DNA from: a virus | Taxonomy: Duplodnaviria > Heunggongvirae > Uroviricota > Caudoviricetes | Virus record (IMG/VR): IMGVR_UViG_3300031949_000413 | Coordinates: 41,088-105,087 of that record | Reading direction: 5' to 3' (one strand) | Length of the DNA: 64,000 nucleotides | Shown here: piece after piece, positions 1-9,745 of the stretch | Numbering within the stretch: position 1 is the first letter of the stretch | Layout: each line of letters opens with the position of its first letter | Notes under the pieces: generated by a model | Seen by the model: only the letters and a program-made list of their open reading frames with translations | The model's database searches: none | What the model was told of the DNA's origin: nothing | Translations under genes and position numbers: made by a program

Positions 1-40
1 GCTCGACTTCTTCATCTTCTAGTTCGTCCTCGTTGATCAT
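1..40 (-). CDS. 5' end of a minus-strand gene that runs off the window edge (hypothetical)
   Basis: Reverse complement of 1-40 begins ATGATCAACGAGGACGAA (MINEDELEDEEVE). An AGGAGA Shine-Dalgarno sits 8 nt upstream on the minus strand (plus 41-60). Confidence 0.3.
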   Translation of the reverse strand, partial: MINEDELEDEEVE

Positions 41-409
41 GGCCTGTCTCCTGTATGGCATTGTACACCCAAATGCGACTCGTTACAATAACGAGTCCAC
101 AGCAATACTGCCGATAGTACCAATATGCCATTGGCGCAGACCGTATTGTATGGTATCGTGTATCCAGACTGGTACAGTCCTACAGGGTTCGTTGTTGGCA
201 TGTCAGCCTGCGGATTGTGCCAGTTCGCACTTTCGTAACGCAATCGTAACAGTACAAAATACCTATGGACGGTTTGCTAGAAGTTTGATAAGATAACATC
301 AACAGCAACTAGGAGGACTGTTAAGCAGGCACTATACCAATTTTTGAAGTTGGATTGGCAAGTGTCTGTTTTTTCGTGTACGGAATAGGTATGAAAGGTG
401 GTGAGCGTC

Positions 410-763
410 ATGTACACCTATACTGGCAGCGTGTATATGAACATGGACGTGGTAGTAGGACAGGCAGCGACTATTAGGCCAATCATGTCTGGAAATAGGC
501 TCGGAGAAGTTGTGGTCGATATACCAGGCAAGACTCCACTCAGATACACCGACAAGGATGCCGAAGCCATTATGAAGTGTGTGATAGGGCGTACAATAGC
601 CAATGGCAATGGTACTGGCAATCACAATGAACAAGATACTCCTGTAGCACCAAAACAGCATCGAGTCTCAGCCGAAGGGCGCAAGCGCATTTCCGAAGCG
701 CAAGTGCGCCGACACGCAGAGGAACGGGCAAGAAAGGAGTCGGAGAAACTAGCGATAGCGTAG
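410..763 (+). CDS. hypothetical protein
   Basis: ORF-track frame 398..763. ATG at 410 is preceded by AAAGGTGGTGA. Lys/Glu/Arg-rich C-terminus. Confidence 0.45.
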   Translation: MYTYTGSVYMNMDVVVGQAATIRPIMSGNRLGEVVVDIPGKTPLRYTDKDAEAIMKCVIGRTIANGNGTGNHNEQDTPVAPKQHRVSAEGRKRISEAQVRRHAEERARKESEKLAIA

Positions 764-900
764 CCGTACAATTGGGTTTCACAGCACGGAAGGTCGGTCT
801 ATTAGGGCCGACTTTCTGTTTGTATAGGAGTACAGTACCATTGCGCTCGTTACATAACAGGCTTAGACTTATGGGACATACAAATATTGGCGGTGATAAG

Positions 901-1587
901 ATGAAGCACATTGAGTCAATCCTGTTAGCGTGGCAAAAGATTACCCAATTGCTCGAACGGGTGCTAATAGATAACATATCGGCTACAGTTCCGTGGCTTG
1001 CGCCCATAGTGCCAGCGTGGATGGCCTATAGGAATATGACTACACACCTTGAGTTTCCGTGGTGGGTGGCATTACTGTGTGCAATTGCGGTCGAGTTTCT
1101 TGGTCTATCGGCGGTATCTACGGCGGTTAAATTCTGGCGTTTCAATGACGAGAAGCGCAAGATCGATAAGAACGCACCTGTCCTATTAGCGGCTATGGCT
1201 GGACTGTTCTATGTGGTGGTTATTCTCATTGTCAATGCCGTTTTGGACTTAAACCAGTCTATCGAGATTAAGGTGCTTGCTAAGGCGTTACTATCCCTGT
1301 TGGCGGCAGATGCCGCTGTGATTATCGTACTGCGATCTCAGCACCAAAACAAGTTAGCCGATATTGACAACGAGAAGAAGGCAAGGAAAGAAAAGTCTCA
1401 TGAGTCCCATGAAGTCCCAGTTGAAGTGCCACACATTCTCATTGATACTTTTGAGTCCTACATGGAACTAAATGGCACTCGGAACGGGAATGGGCCGGTA
1501 AAGCCGGTGGAACTCATTGAGACCTACGGTGTGCCAAAATCAACAGCCTATAGGTGGTATCGGGAATATGTGGAACAAACTATCTAA
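901..1587 (+). CDS. membrane protein (multiple TM helices) with C-terminal HTH-like tail
   Basis: ORF 772..1587. ATG at 901 follows GGTGATAAG. Hydrophobic stretches. C-terminus is GVPKSTAYRWYREY. Confidence 0.45.
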   Translation: MKHIESILLAWQKITQLLERVLIDNISATVPWLAPIVPAWMAYRNMTTHLEFPWWVALLCAIAVEFLGLSAVSTAVKFWRFNDEKRKIDKNAPVLLAAMAGLFYVVVILIVNAVLDLNQSIEIKVLAKALLSLLAADAAVIIVLRSQHQNKLADIDNEKKARKEKSHESHEVPVEVPHILIDTFESYMELNGTRNGNGPVKPVELIETYGVPKSTAYRWYREYVEQTI

Positions 1588-2215
1588 ATATGGCATTGGT
1601 GTTCTGATGGTGGTTTTCTTACTGGTAATTCTGAACATCAACCCCGACAACAAAACCGAAAACGACAAGCTGAACTGGTGGATATGGTTGTCTATCAAGC
1701 TGACGGCTGTGCTGTTTCTGGTTGCATCAGCTGGATGTAGTATCTACTGGATGCTGGCCCATGTCGAAGCATACCGGAAGGAACATGCTATCATGGAACA
1801 CAATGGGCTGCTCTTTCAGGTGAATATGCCACGTATGATGGGCAGCCCGGAAGTAGAGCTGCTCAATCCGTCACAGTCTAAGACAGTGGAAATCATCGAC
1901 CAGACACCAGTGGTCGATCCTACCGAGGCTGAGTATCAGACACTCTCTATTAAGTGGATCGTAGCATCAGCCGAAATGGACAGGACTATCGGCTTTAAGG
2001 GTAAGCAACTGCTCCCTGAGCGTGATGCTGTCTCTACTGGCATCTTCTCTGACCCTAACAAATGGCAGTCTGTTGGTGACTGGCTTGTGAAGAACTTCAA
2101 TGTCATGAAGCAGGCAGGTATGGGCGCTCATTCTGGCACGTTCTGCTCTACTGGCACTACCCTACAGGACTTGATGGTATCTGTAGCACGCAACAAGCGG
2201 AAGTGGCAGATGTAG
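1568..2215 (+). CDS. hypothetical membrane protein
   Basis: ORF 1517..2215. ATG at 1568 overlaps the upstream stop. N-terminal TM segments LVILNIN and LFLVASAGCSIYW. Confidence 0.45.
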   Translation: MWNKLSKYGIGVLMVVFLLVILNINPDNKTENDKLNWWIWLSIKLTAVLFLVASAGCSIYWMLAHVEAYRKEHAIMEHNGLLFQVNMPRMMGSPEVELLNPSQSKTVEIIDQTPVVDPTEAEYQTLSIKWIVASAEMDRTIGFKGKQLLPERDAVSTGIFSDPNKWQSVGDWLVKNFNVMKQAGMGAHSGTFCSTGTTLQDLMVSVARNKRKWQM

Positions 2216-2357
2216 GCAAAAACCCATGATAGTCCATGATAGGGGCTAGATGTGGCGATAGGGATGATATGATAGTAGGCCACATATCATCCCTCAGACA
2301 CACCTAACCCGGTGGGGGGATCGAGCCAAGTGTGACTTATTTCCCATTGAAGTTTGG

Positions 2358-2564
2358 TTGAATGTCCGTTACAATGCCAATATGAGCAGAACTATCTACT
2401 TGAGACTGGAAAACCACTGGCGCGTATGGCGCACTACCCTATCTACGCTGGTATCCATTACCCTGTTCGGTATCACCTTGTTCGGTATTCGTGTCGGTAA
2501 ACCAGACGGACACTACTACATCGCCATTGAAGTCCTTAACTTCGAGGCGATGTTGCACCTATAA
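2358..2564 (+). CDS. hypothetical small protein
   Basis: 68-aa ORF in the same orientation as its neighbours. No recognizable motif. Confidence 0.25.
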   Translation: MNVRYNANMSRTIYLRLENHWRVWRTTLSTLVSITLFGITLFGIRVGKPDGHYYIAIEVLNFEAMLHL

Positions 2565-2575
2565 AGGAGACCACA

Positions 2576-2809
2576 ATGACTAGGTATGTACCATCAGCAC
2601 AAGACATGGTCAGGATCGATAACATCTTCATCTATCATACCCCTAAGGGAGATCAGTCTGATAGGTATGTGGCCCTGAGAGAGAAGGCCAAAGAACTTGC
2701 TGAGCTTATGCTGGCATCGTGCCCGCCAAGTCAAGAACTGTCACTTGCGATCACAAACCTTCAGACCGCAGTTTTTTATGCCAATGCGTCCATTGCCATC
2801 AACGAATAG
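2576..2809 (+). CDS. hypothetical protein
   Basis: AAAGGAGACCACA Shine-Dalgarno directly upstream of the ATG at 2576. Confidence 0.5.
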   Translation: MTRYVPSAQDMVRIDNIFIYHTPKGDQSDRYVALREKAKELAELMLASCPPSQELSLAITNLQTAVFYANASIAINE

Positions 2810-2846
2810 GGTATGGACGAGCAAACCACTAAGGATGTGCATCATG

Positions 2847-3158
2847 CCACTTAACACCCCGATTCCAATTATTAGACTTGAAGTTGAGCACATGCACCAT
2901 ACTATGATGGTCGCCTTATCTGAGTATACGGCACAGTTAGATTCATATCTAAAAGATGCCTTAGATAAGTTCTGCACACCAGAAAACTTGCGACGCATTA
3001 TCGAAGAGGAAGTCTATCGCACGTTAGATATTGTTATCAGAGAACAAGTGAAGAACTGGTTCTTATATGGCGATGGTAAGAAGGTTATCAAGCAGGCTGT
3101 AGAGCAAAAACTAAAAGATGGAACAACGTGGACGCCGCTGGATGACAGTAGATCATGA
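2847..3158 (+). CDS. hypothetical protein
   Basis: ATG at 2847 (MPLNTPIP) lies within ORF 2697..3158, downstream of the previous stop. Confidence 0.4.
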   Translation, partial: PLNTPIPIIRLEVEHMHHTMMVALSEYTAQLDSYLKDALDKFCTPENLRRIIEEEVYRTLDIVIREQVKNWFLYGDGKKVIKQAVEQKLKDGTTWTPLDDSRS

Positions 3159-3227
3159 GCGGATATGTCTATCGCAGCGACCAGCCCTGCTGTGCTGGCA
3201 AGATACTGAAACTGCCATATCCAAATA

Positions 3228-3458
3228 TTGATGGATAAAACGATCGTAGACCTTCTGAATGCAATACAAGAAGCTTTACCACAATACTGTGTTGAGTTTG
3301 TGAAGGTTTTCGGTAGCGGTAACTCATTCTTCGATATCGCAATCACAGATGGCGACATAGTGACCATTCGACAAGTCAAAGAATACGCATTTACAGACGA
3401 TGGGCTAAGGCAGTACGTCAACAGCGTCATAAAATTGATGTTGAAGGCTGGCGGATGA
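3228..3458 (+). CDS. hypothetical protein
   Basis: 76-aa ORF in the compact same-strand array. Confidence 0.4.
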   Translation: MMDKTIVDLLNAIQEALPQYCVEFVKVFGSGNSFFDIAITDGDIVTIRQVKEYAFTDDGLRQYVNSVIKLMLKAGG

Positions 3459-3658
3459 TGTACAACAGGCTATATCAGTGGTTAGTAAAGCGTTACATAA
3501 AGATCGAGGCGTGTGGTAAGTTGTTGGTTGTTAGCATCAAGGTCGAATGGTGGTCGCCATTATGGTGGCTTTTTGCACTTATGGATATTCCGAAAGACTT
3601 AACCATAAACAGTCCACAGCACGACTGACTTGCAATTATTCAGAGAAAGTAAGATAAA

Positions 3659-3889
3659 ATGAGCAAAACCATGCTGAATGAAATTGTGCGTCAAATGAAC
3701 AATCTGGAAGCACTCGACCAGAAGCCGGTTGCTGTCAAGATGAATCGGGCCACTTTCGACCGCATGGTGGCTGAGGCGAAGAAGGTTTATGCCCTGGAAG
3801 TCACTCAATTCGTCGTTGTGGGCCTAAAGGTGATGATCGATCCGGCTATTGCAGATGGTGTCGTGCGCGTACAGGAGGAATGGCAATGA
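3659..3889 (+). CDS. hypothetical protein
   Basis: 76-aa ORF. A copy of the conserved intergenic motif sits 35 nt upstream. Confidence 0.45.
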   Translation: MSKTMLNEIVRQMNNLEALDQKPVAVKMNRATFDRMVAEAKKVYALEVTQFVVVGLKVMIDPAIADGVVRVQEEWQ

Positions 3890-3922
3890 TTAAAACTGAA
3901 AAGCAGTAGGACTTAATGACTA

Positions 3923-4144
3923 TTGTCCCACATTCCTATTGGTGGTATCCTAGTGTTACAGGCGGGGCGACTGGGAGGGATGCCAAATCCAAACTCCGAG
4001 AGAGACAGTCGCCCTGCCCACTACATAATAGCCCTGATAGCAGAGGTCGGCGGAGATACTACTATTGTGCGTATGGCCTATTGGCCCAACGCTAAGAAGG
4101 CCGGTATCAAGTACCCATTTCCACCATTTAAGGAGAAACCATGA
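3923..4144 (+). CDS. hypothetical protein
   Basis: 73-aa ORF whose stop overlaps the next start (ATGA). Confidence 0.3.
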   Translation: MSHIPIGGILVLQAGRLGGMPNPNSERDSRPAHYIIALIAEVGGDTTIVRMAYWPNAKKAGIKYPFPPFKEKP

Positions 4145-4455
4145 AATTCGACCCTGACGGTAAACGCGAAGTCTATGCCATTGACCTGGATGGTACGCTC
4201 ACTAACGGCGAACCCTTCTGGGAAACTACCCCCACCCCCAACCTTAATGCCATCGCTGGCGTCCGACAAATATACCAGTCCGGTAACATCGTTATCATCA
4301 GCACCGCCCGCCAGTGGGAGTACGCCCCAGAAACAGTAGGTTGGCTCATCGCTAATAAAGTGCCTTTCCACGGCATACTGATGAGTAAAGGCGGCGCTGA
4401 CTATTATATAGACGACAAGGGAGTTAGCACGAATATACTAAATGGCCTTCGATGA
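4141..4455 (+). CDS. HAD-superfamily phosphatase (small, polynucleotide-phosphatase-like)
   Basis: Strong AAGGAGAAACC Shine-Dalgarno. HAD motif I IDLDGTL, motif II IISTAR, and a C-terminal K...DYYIDD acid pair. Confidence 0.75.
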   Translation: MKFDPDGKREVYAIDLDGTLTNGEPFWETTPTPNLNAIAGVRQIYQSGNIVIISTARQWEYAPETVGWLIANKVPFHGILMSKGGADYYIDDKGVSTNILNGLR

Positions 4456-4696
4456 ATGGTTCGACTCAGAACACTTTAACATTAACACGCGCTGGTATCT
4501 TAAACTATCCTGGGACATCGCCATTGAGTATGCCGCCCAACTCGTCACTAACCGTCTGTCCGCATATCCTTTATCGGTATTCCCACAACCACCATACGGA
4601 CAGCATGGCAATACCGTGGACTCTTGCTCCGCAGCAGCTATTCGCGCTACCCTGCCCGGCTTGGCCGCTGACATCCGCAACTTAAAGGATGACTAA
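4442..4696 (+). CDS. hypothetical protein
   Basis: 84-aa ORF overlapping the previous stop. Confidence 0.3.
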   Translation: MAFDEWFDSEHFNINTRWYLKLSWDIAIEYAAQLVTNRLSAYPLSVFPQPPYGQHGNTVDSCSAAAIRATLPGLAADIRNLKDD

Positions 4697-4888
4697 ATAA
4701 TGGCCTATATCACTTAGACGATGGCTCCACCCTCTTTGAATGGATCGCCCCCAACCGCCGCTTCGGTATTACCCTAGAACTTAACCCCCATGACTCCGGC
4801 TGGTACTACATCCATAAAGACGGCACTACCGTAGATGACCCACTCCAACCAGAACTGCTGAAACGACTTATCCAACAGAAACTAACCC

Positions 4889-4917
4889 TTGATATTCTCC
4901 ATGTCGGGGTGTATAAT
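4889..4917 (+). promoter_or_regulatory. sigma70-like promoter (TTGATA-17-TATAAT) upstream of the HNH gene
   Basis: TTGATA at 4889-4894, a 17-nt spacer, then TATAAT at 4912-4917. Followed by a 12-bp inverted repeat, GCTGAGGCACGA (4926-4937) and TCGTGCCTCAGC (4995-5006). Confidence 0.5.
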
Positions 4918-5052
4918 CCCCGCCGCTGAGGCACGATCCGAACGTCTGATGTAATAAACTAAAACCATTCTCTCAAGCCCCTACGGGCGGTCGTGCCTCA
5001 GCAACACACCGCAGATTCCCGTGGGGGCTTGCCTTTATATAGGAGACAAACA

Positions 5053-5568
5053 ATGGATAACAAGATGTGTGGAAAGTGCAAACAAGAACTTGATGTTAGT
5101 TGCTTCTCTAAGTGCAAAAAGCAAAAGGATGGCCTGATGTATTGGTGTAAGGTGTGCATCAATACCCATACGGCTACCAGGCGCAAGCACTTGATTATAG
5201 ACCACAACATCCCTTCTAAACAGTGTAACTTGTGTCATGAAGTGAAACCAAGAAGCCGGTTCTTCTCAAGTATAGTTTCAATGGACGGTATGGTAGCCTA
5301 CTGCAAAGAGTGCTACCACGTCTGGAAGAATAACAAGGTCGTTAATAAACGTGGCATCCCGGGTACTATACACCCGCTAGAATGGAAGTCCGTGCTGTCC
5401 AAATACAGCCATACATGCCTGCGATGCGGTAGAACAAATATCCAACTTTCTATCGACCATATCGTACCCGTAAGTAATTCGCTCTGCACTAATACAATAT
5501 CCAACGTCCAACCACTATGCCACTCCTGTAACTCATCCAAAAGATGCAAAATCATAGACTATAGATAG
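5053..5568 (+). CDS. HNH endonuclease with zinc-ribbon motifs
   Basis: AGGAGACAAACA Shine-Dalgarno. Several CxxC pairs. HNH core LSIDHIVP ... NVQPLCHSCNSSK. Confidence 0.8.
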   Translation: MDNKMCGKCKQELDVSCFSKCKKQKDGLMYWCKVCINTHTATRRKHLIIDHNIPSKQCNLCHEVKPRSRFFSSIVSMDGMVAYCKECYHVWKNNKVVNKRGIPGTIHPLEWKSVLSKYSHTCLRCGRTNIQLSIDHIVPVSNSLCTNTISNVQPLCHSCNSSKRCKIIDYR

Positions 5569-6900
5569 TTGCCCAGGTTTCTCAGATATATAATTTGCGA
5601 GAGTGGGCCTACCAACTACTATTGACATAACACACCACTAGAACATACGTGCTATAGGGGGAGTATACATAACATGAATGATTGTAATGATTGCTCAACG
5701 CTATGCGCAGCTCATAACGATACTCTATACTGATGCTGCCACACAGCCACACTGTAACGCACTGCGACATGCACAGCGCACTCACAGAATGCACTTGAAA
5801 CAAGGTATATTTGAGGCACGTTGTAAGATCACTTACAACATTACGAATAACTACGTAATAGGCCGACATGGGATAGGATAGGTATCATGCCTCATTGCGC
5901 GTAGATATGATACACCCCCACATCTAGCCACAACAAGCATTGCAAACACCATATATAGCCATTCGCATAGAGAAAGAGTTTACAAATCGAGTTTTTTTAT
6001 TAGTACTACCGTACTAACACAAACGATGTGAGGTGATCTATAATTGGCTTGCAAGTGAGAGACATACACGGAGAGACAGACACGGGGCACACCCACAGAA
6101 TGCACTAAGTGAGTGGGCAACCGGACAGATAGAGACCATCACCCAACCCGCAGTATAAGACATCCCCTGAACACATCACCCCTCAAGGGGCTGGCAGATA
6201 AATAACCTGCAAGTGCAACAGCCCGACCCAACGAGTGATGACATAGGCAAAATACCACTACCATAAAGCGATATGCGCGCACTGCTGCAAGCAGATCGAA
6301 ACTGGCGAAAGAAGAATGTGGACATCTGCGCAATACCTATCTAAGGCAAGCAGAACGAAGCAGACAGGCATAACCAGGGGCAAAGCAGCATCGTAGCATC
6401 GAATACGGGGCAGTGAGTGTGGGGGCAACACAGGATACGCTAAAGGTAATGTCCCTCTGTCTGTGCAGATAATCACAGGATATGTAGTACACTACTAATC
6501 AATACCCCCTATCGGGGTATGCGCTATCAGTCGGGAGATATGCCTAGCCTATGGGCACAACAGGCTATGCTCCCGCTACAACAGGCGCAAAACTGGCTTA
6601 CTGGCTTGTGCCATAAACAAGCCAACGCAGCATAGCATCACTAGCACGGAACCATGATGCAAGCAAGGCATGGCGTGCTACTCGGTGTCCTCAAGGGCCA
6701 TAACAAGCGGGTAAAAAGTACGTTAGTCAGATTAGACCCGTCACCCGTGTGATCACTGGTTTGAGGTTACCGAAACGGCATTAGCCACGACTAAAGTCAC
6801 CTGGCAAAGGTGATCCCCACCAGGGGGTAGTGACAGTACTCATGAGTACATAATGCCACTAATAGCACATCTGTGCTAAAACTCTCTCGGAGGAATTGAC

Positions 6901-7068
6901 ATGAATCGCAATGATGAAAGTGGCTTCTGCGCAGTCTTGGTGGCAATCGCGTTGTTGTTTGTGGCAATCGCAATCCTGATTTCTGCACAGCAATTGACAG
7001 ACCCATCAGGGGTTTCTATTCCCGGTGGGAGTGGGCTGAGTGAGTTCCTGAAGTTCTTCGGGCTGTAA
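6901..7068 (+). CDS. small membrane protein (55 aa, single TM)
   Basis: GGAGGAATTGAC Shine-Dalgarno. Translation is MNRNDESGFCAVLVAIALLFVAIAILISAQQ... Below the ORF-track length cutoff. Confidence 0.45.
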   Translation: MNRNDESGFCAVLVAIALLFVAIAILISAQQLTDPSGVSIPGGSGLSEFLKFFGL

Positions 7069-7168
7069 TAGCAAGCGCCGCAACCACATCTAGCCATTGC
7101 TTTTTGTTGCAATGCTTAGAAATCGTGTGCTCTGTCACATTAGGCCGTAAATGTGGGAGTGAGGGATT

Positions 7169-7396
7169 ATGACAGCTTCTCAAGTGATGTCACTGGCATC
7201 TGTAGCAAACAGCCATAGCGATCTACAACATCTGTATGCCGTGCAGGTTCCACAGATTGGTTATGTTTTGCCTTGTTTTCGTGGCAGGAGTCGTTTCGAC
7301 TTGAATGTTATTGACCTCGAATCCACTGGATCGGGGCGGTTTGTGGTTGAGGATTCATCGCATGATATATATCGTATTTCAGTTGTAATTGGCTGA
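7169..7396 (+). CDS. hypothetical protein
   Basis: GTGAGGGATT Shine-Dalgarno upstream of the ATG. Confidence 0.4.
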   Translation: MTASQVMSLASVANSHSDLQHLYAVQVPQIGYVLPCFRGRSRFDLNVIDLESTGSGRFVVEDSSHDIYRISVVIG

Positions 7397-7405
7397 AAGT
7401 GGAAT

Positions 7406-7639
7406 ATGAATCCTGAAACAGCATTGCGGGTTGCGGTTGCACTGTTTGCGGCTTATGATTGCAAGTCTGAGGTGGGAAAGCGTCGTCTTATGTCAATTGT
7501 GGCATATATCAGGGGAACCGATAGGAACGATGCAAGCATCGGTGATACTGATAGATGGGCACAATGCTGCAAGGTGGTAGCTGTGCTTACGCGGCGCATC
7601 TGGTCGGCTGTCGTGCCAGCAGCGCGCAAGATAACATAA
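7406..7639 (+). CDS. hypothetical protein
   Basis: 77-aa ORF in the same-strand array. Confidence 0.35.
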   Translation: MNPETALRVAVALFAAYDCKSEVGKRRLMSIVAYIRGTDRNDASIGDTDRWAQCCKVVAVLTRRIWSAVVPAARKIT

Positions 7640-7699
7640 CGATTGGTATCAGGTCGGTCAGGGTAATGGACTGGCGACTTGACAATAACGGAGGCTACA

Positions 7700-7987
7700 G
7701 TGAACAAAACGGTAAGACGTGAGCTTATCGTAAAGACTGCCAACGACATGATTATGGCGATCACTCGTCGGCCCGACCTGTCAAAGGCACAAAAAGACGA
7801 GAAGAGGGCATCTATTTTCGTGACGGCATCGGAAATTCTGCTTGTGGGCAATTCTTATGTCGGGTTTGGGTGGATTCGTGGACTTGGCATAAGTGAGCAG
7901 TGGTACACGGATGGAATGCCGGGCTTGTCGTCATCGGGTGAAGATGGCGTCTACATGCTCGATGATTGGGCACGATTCCTGTACTAA
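7700..7987 (+). CDS. hypothetical protein
   Basis: GTG at 7700 is preceded by ACGGAGG. Lies within ORF 7679..7987. Confidence 0.35.
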   Translation: MNKTVRRELIVKTANDMIMAITRRPDLSKAQKDEKRASIFVTASEILLVGNSYVGFGWIRGLGISEQWYTDGMPGLSSSGEDGVYMLDDWARFLY

Positions 7988-8000
7988 TCAAGGGGTGTAC

Positions 8001-8280
8001 CATGTGGCGCTTATGGCCGATCTTAGCCAGCATCGACGCGACGATAACGATTGTTGGGTTGTCGCGTGGTTGGGGCGATGAGGCCAACGGAATTTGGCGA
8101 TATGTGATCGACCATGCTGGGCTAGTCGGATTTGCGGCAGTGTACGCCGTGTTTGTGGCGGTTGTCGTGTCATTAGGCGAGCGATTTGCAACGATAAGGC
8201 GCTTGCAGTCGGTTGGAGCAATACTAGCGGCCGGGTGTATCATAGGATGGGTGCACCTGGCAATCACATTTGGAGGGTAG
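8001..8280 (+). CDS. small membrane protein
   Basis: ATG at 8001 after AGGGGTGTACC. Three predicted TM segments. Confidence 0.45.
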
Positions 8281-8385
8281 GATGGCAACCGTTAGGATCG
8301 ACTATTACGGCATGTCGGGCGAAGGGCATACCGGGCGGCGCATAACCCCCGGTATGCCCAATCAAACACACGAAACGAGGACAAA

Positions 8386-8775
8386 ATGAGCGGATGGGGA
8401 AAACTGCAAGAAGATACAAAACGCGATTTGAGGACGTGGTTTAACTCCGAACCGGACTACGCCGATATGACGTGCCTATCCCGGTTATACCTTACTGGGC
8501 GATTTAAGGCGTGGGACTGCCCGGAATGTGGCGAACGGGTGTACTGGGGCAGTCCTATAAACTGGGATAACTTTCAGGGGGTGTGTCAAGCGGATTATAC
8601 AAGCTATCCTGGCGATTTGGAGAAGTACACGCCAGAATACAACGAGCAAATGTGCGACAGTGTAGATTACAACACGCCAGAAGTGCGCACACTGGTAGCC
8701 GAGTTGACGAGTATTGGATATAACGTGCGGCTATGCCAGCGGCTTAACAGGCCGTTTGGCGGGTGGGCGAAGTAA
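8386..8775 (+). CDS. hypothetical protein with CPECG zinc-ribbon motif
   Basis: 129-aa ORF containing CPECGERVYW. Confidence 0.5.
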   Translation: MSGWGKLQEDTKRDLRTWFNSEPDYADMTCLSRLYLTGRFKAWDCPECGERVYWGSPINWDNFQGVCQADYTSYPGDLEKYTPEYNEQMCDSVDYNTPEVRTLVAELTSIGYNVRLCQRLNRPFGGWAK

Positions 8776-8796
8776 CAAAACACAAAGGAGAATCAT

Positions 8797-9082
8797 GTCA
8801 CAAGTGAGAATCAACAAAGTGCTGGCAACGGGTGGCACGCCAGCATATCATGAGGAAACATGCCACTACCAGGACTGGTCGAGTGAGATTGTCCGTGTAC
8901 CGGACGATCTGCCAGAGGAAATGATCGTAGTTGATTACGATGCGCCAGTGATTGACGGCGCGGCGTGGTCAATGAATGTGTGGGGCTTTGGTCATCCGCC
9001 AGAGGGACGGCAGTTGTACCGGTACGCCGGGAACTTGTCCAGTATTAGGGCCGAAATCTTCATGGGCCCGAAGGGAAGTTGA
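8797..9082 (+). CDS. hypothetical protein
   Basis: AAGGAGAATC Shine-Dalgarno before the ATG at 8797. Confidence 0.5.
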
Positions 9083-9198
9083 CATAACCCAGTGTGGCAG
9101 GATGTACGCCGGGCGGGTATGTCCGCAGTGCAAGGGCAAGCCCGTAACGCGAGTTGAAACGTGGTACGAGGGTGAACAAAAGAAAGTGAGGGCATAGC

Positions 9199-9582
9199 AT
9201 GAAAAAGTTTAATCTAAATACGTGGGAGTTTGGCCTGATTGTGGGCCGTAGGGGATACATTGTTACTGAGACTGACTTCTGCCATATCGTATACGACCTA
9301 TACGATACGGCTGGTCTGCGTTGTGGCTTTGGGCAAGAAGACTTTCGCCAGCTTGCGCTAGATGAGTTAAATGCAATGTCTACTCCCGTGGCGGTGTCTG
9401 ACTTCGGCCACTACTGGGGTGTCAAGTGGCGAGTTCGTGACAACTATCAGGGGCTACTGATGTCGATGGCTGATATTGAGGCTGATACAAGCGGTATGCC
9501 GAAATGGGGTGATAAGGACAAGGAGGCTGATCATGAAACAGAATATGATCTACTACTCGCCCGATATGACATTGGCAATTGA
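9199..9582 (+). CDS. hypothetical protein
   Basis: AGTGAGGGCATAGC Shine-Dalgarno before the ATG. Confidence 0.5.
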   Translation: MKKFNLNTWEFGLIVGRRGYIVTETDFCHIVYDLYDTAGLRCGFGQEDFRQLALDELNAMSTPVAVSDFGHYWGVKWRVRDNYQGLLMSMADIEADTSGMPKWGDKDKEADHETEYDLLLARYDIGN

Positions 9583-9718
9583 GTGGCCTGACGACAAGGG
9601 ATGGTATCTGCGCGATGTACCTTACTTGGGCCGGGTCGATCCAAGCGTGATCAGAGACCACCTAACAAATGATGAGGTCACAAGTATAGTGCGCGTGTGG
9701 ATGACGGTAGTACACTGA
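9533..9718 (+). CDS. hypothetical small protein
   Basis: AGGAGGCTGATC Shine-Dalgarno before the ATG at 9533. Overlaps the upstream 3' end. Confidence 0.4.
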   Translation: MKQNMIYYSPDMTLAIEWPDDKGWYLRDVPYLGRVDPSVIRDHLTNDEVTSIVRVWMTVVH

Positions 9719-9745
9719 GAGCAACAAACACACATGAGGCCAGCA

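Noticed and set aside
398-621. Alternative frames 418..621 (-) and 332..661 (-)
   Set aside because: They are antisense to a + strand ORF that has a good Shine-Dalgarno. No support.
7453-8288. Long antisense ORFs (7453..7851 -, 7812..8288 -) and other minus-strand ORFs throughout 0-31 kb
   Set aside because: They are embedded opposite tightly coupled + strand genes, with no start context. These are typical shadow ORFs.
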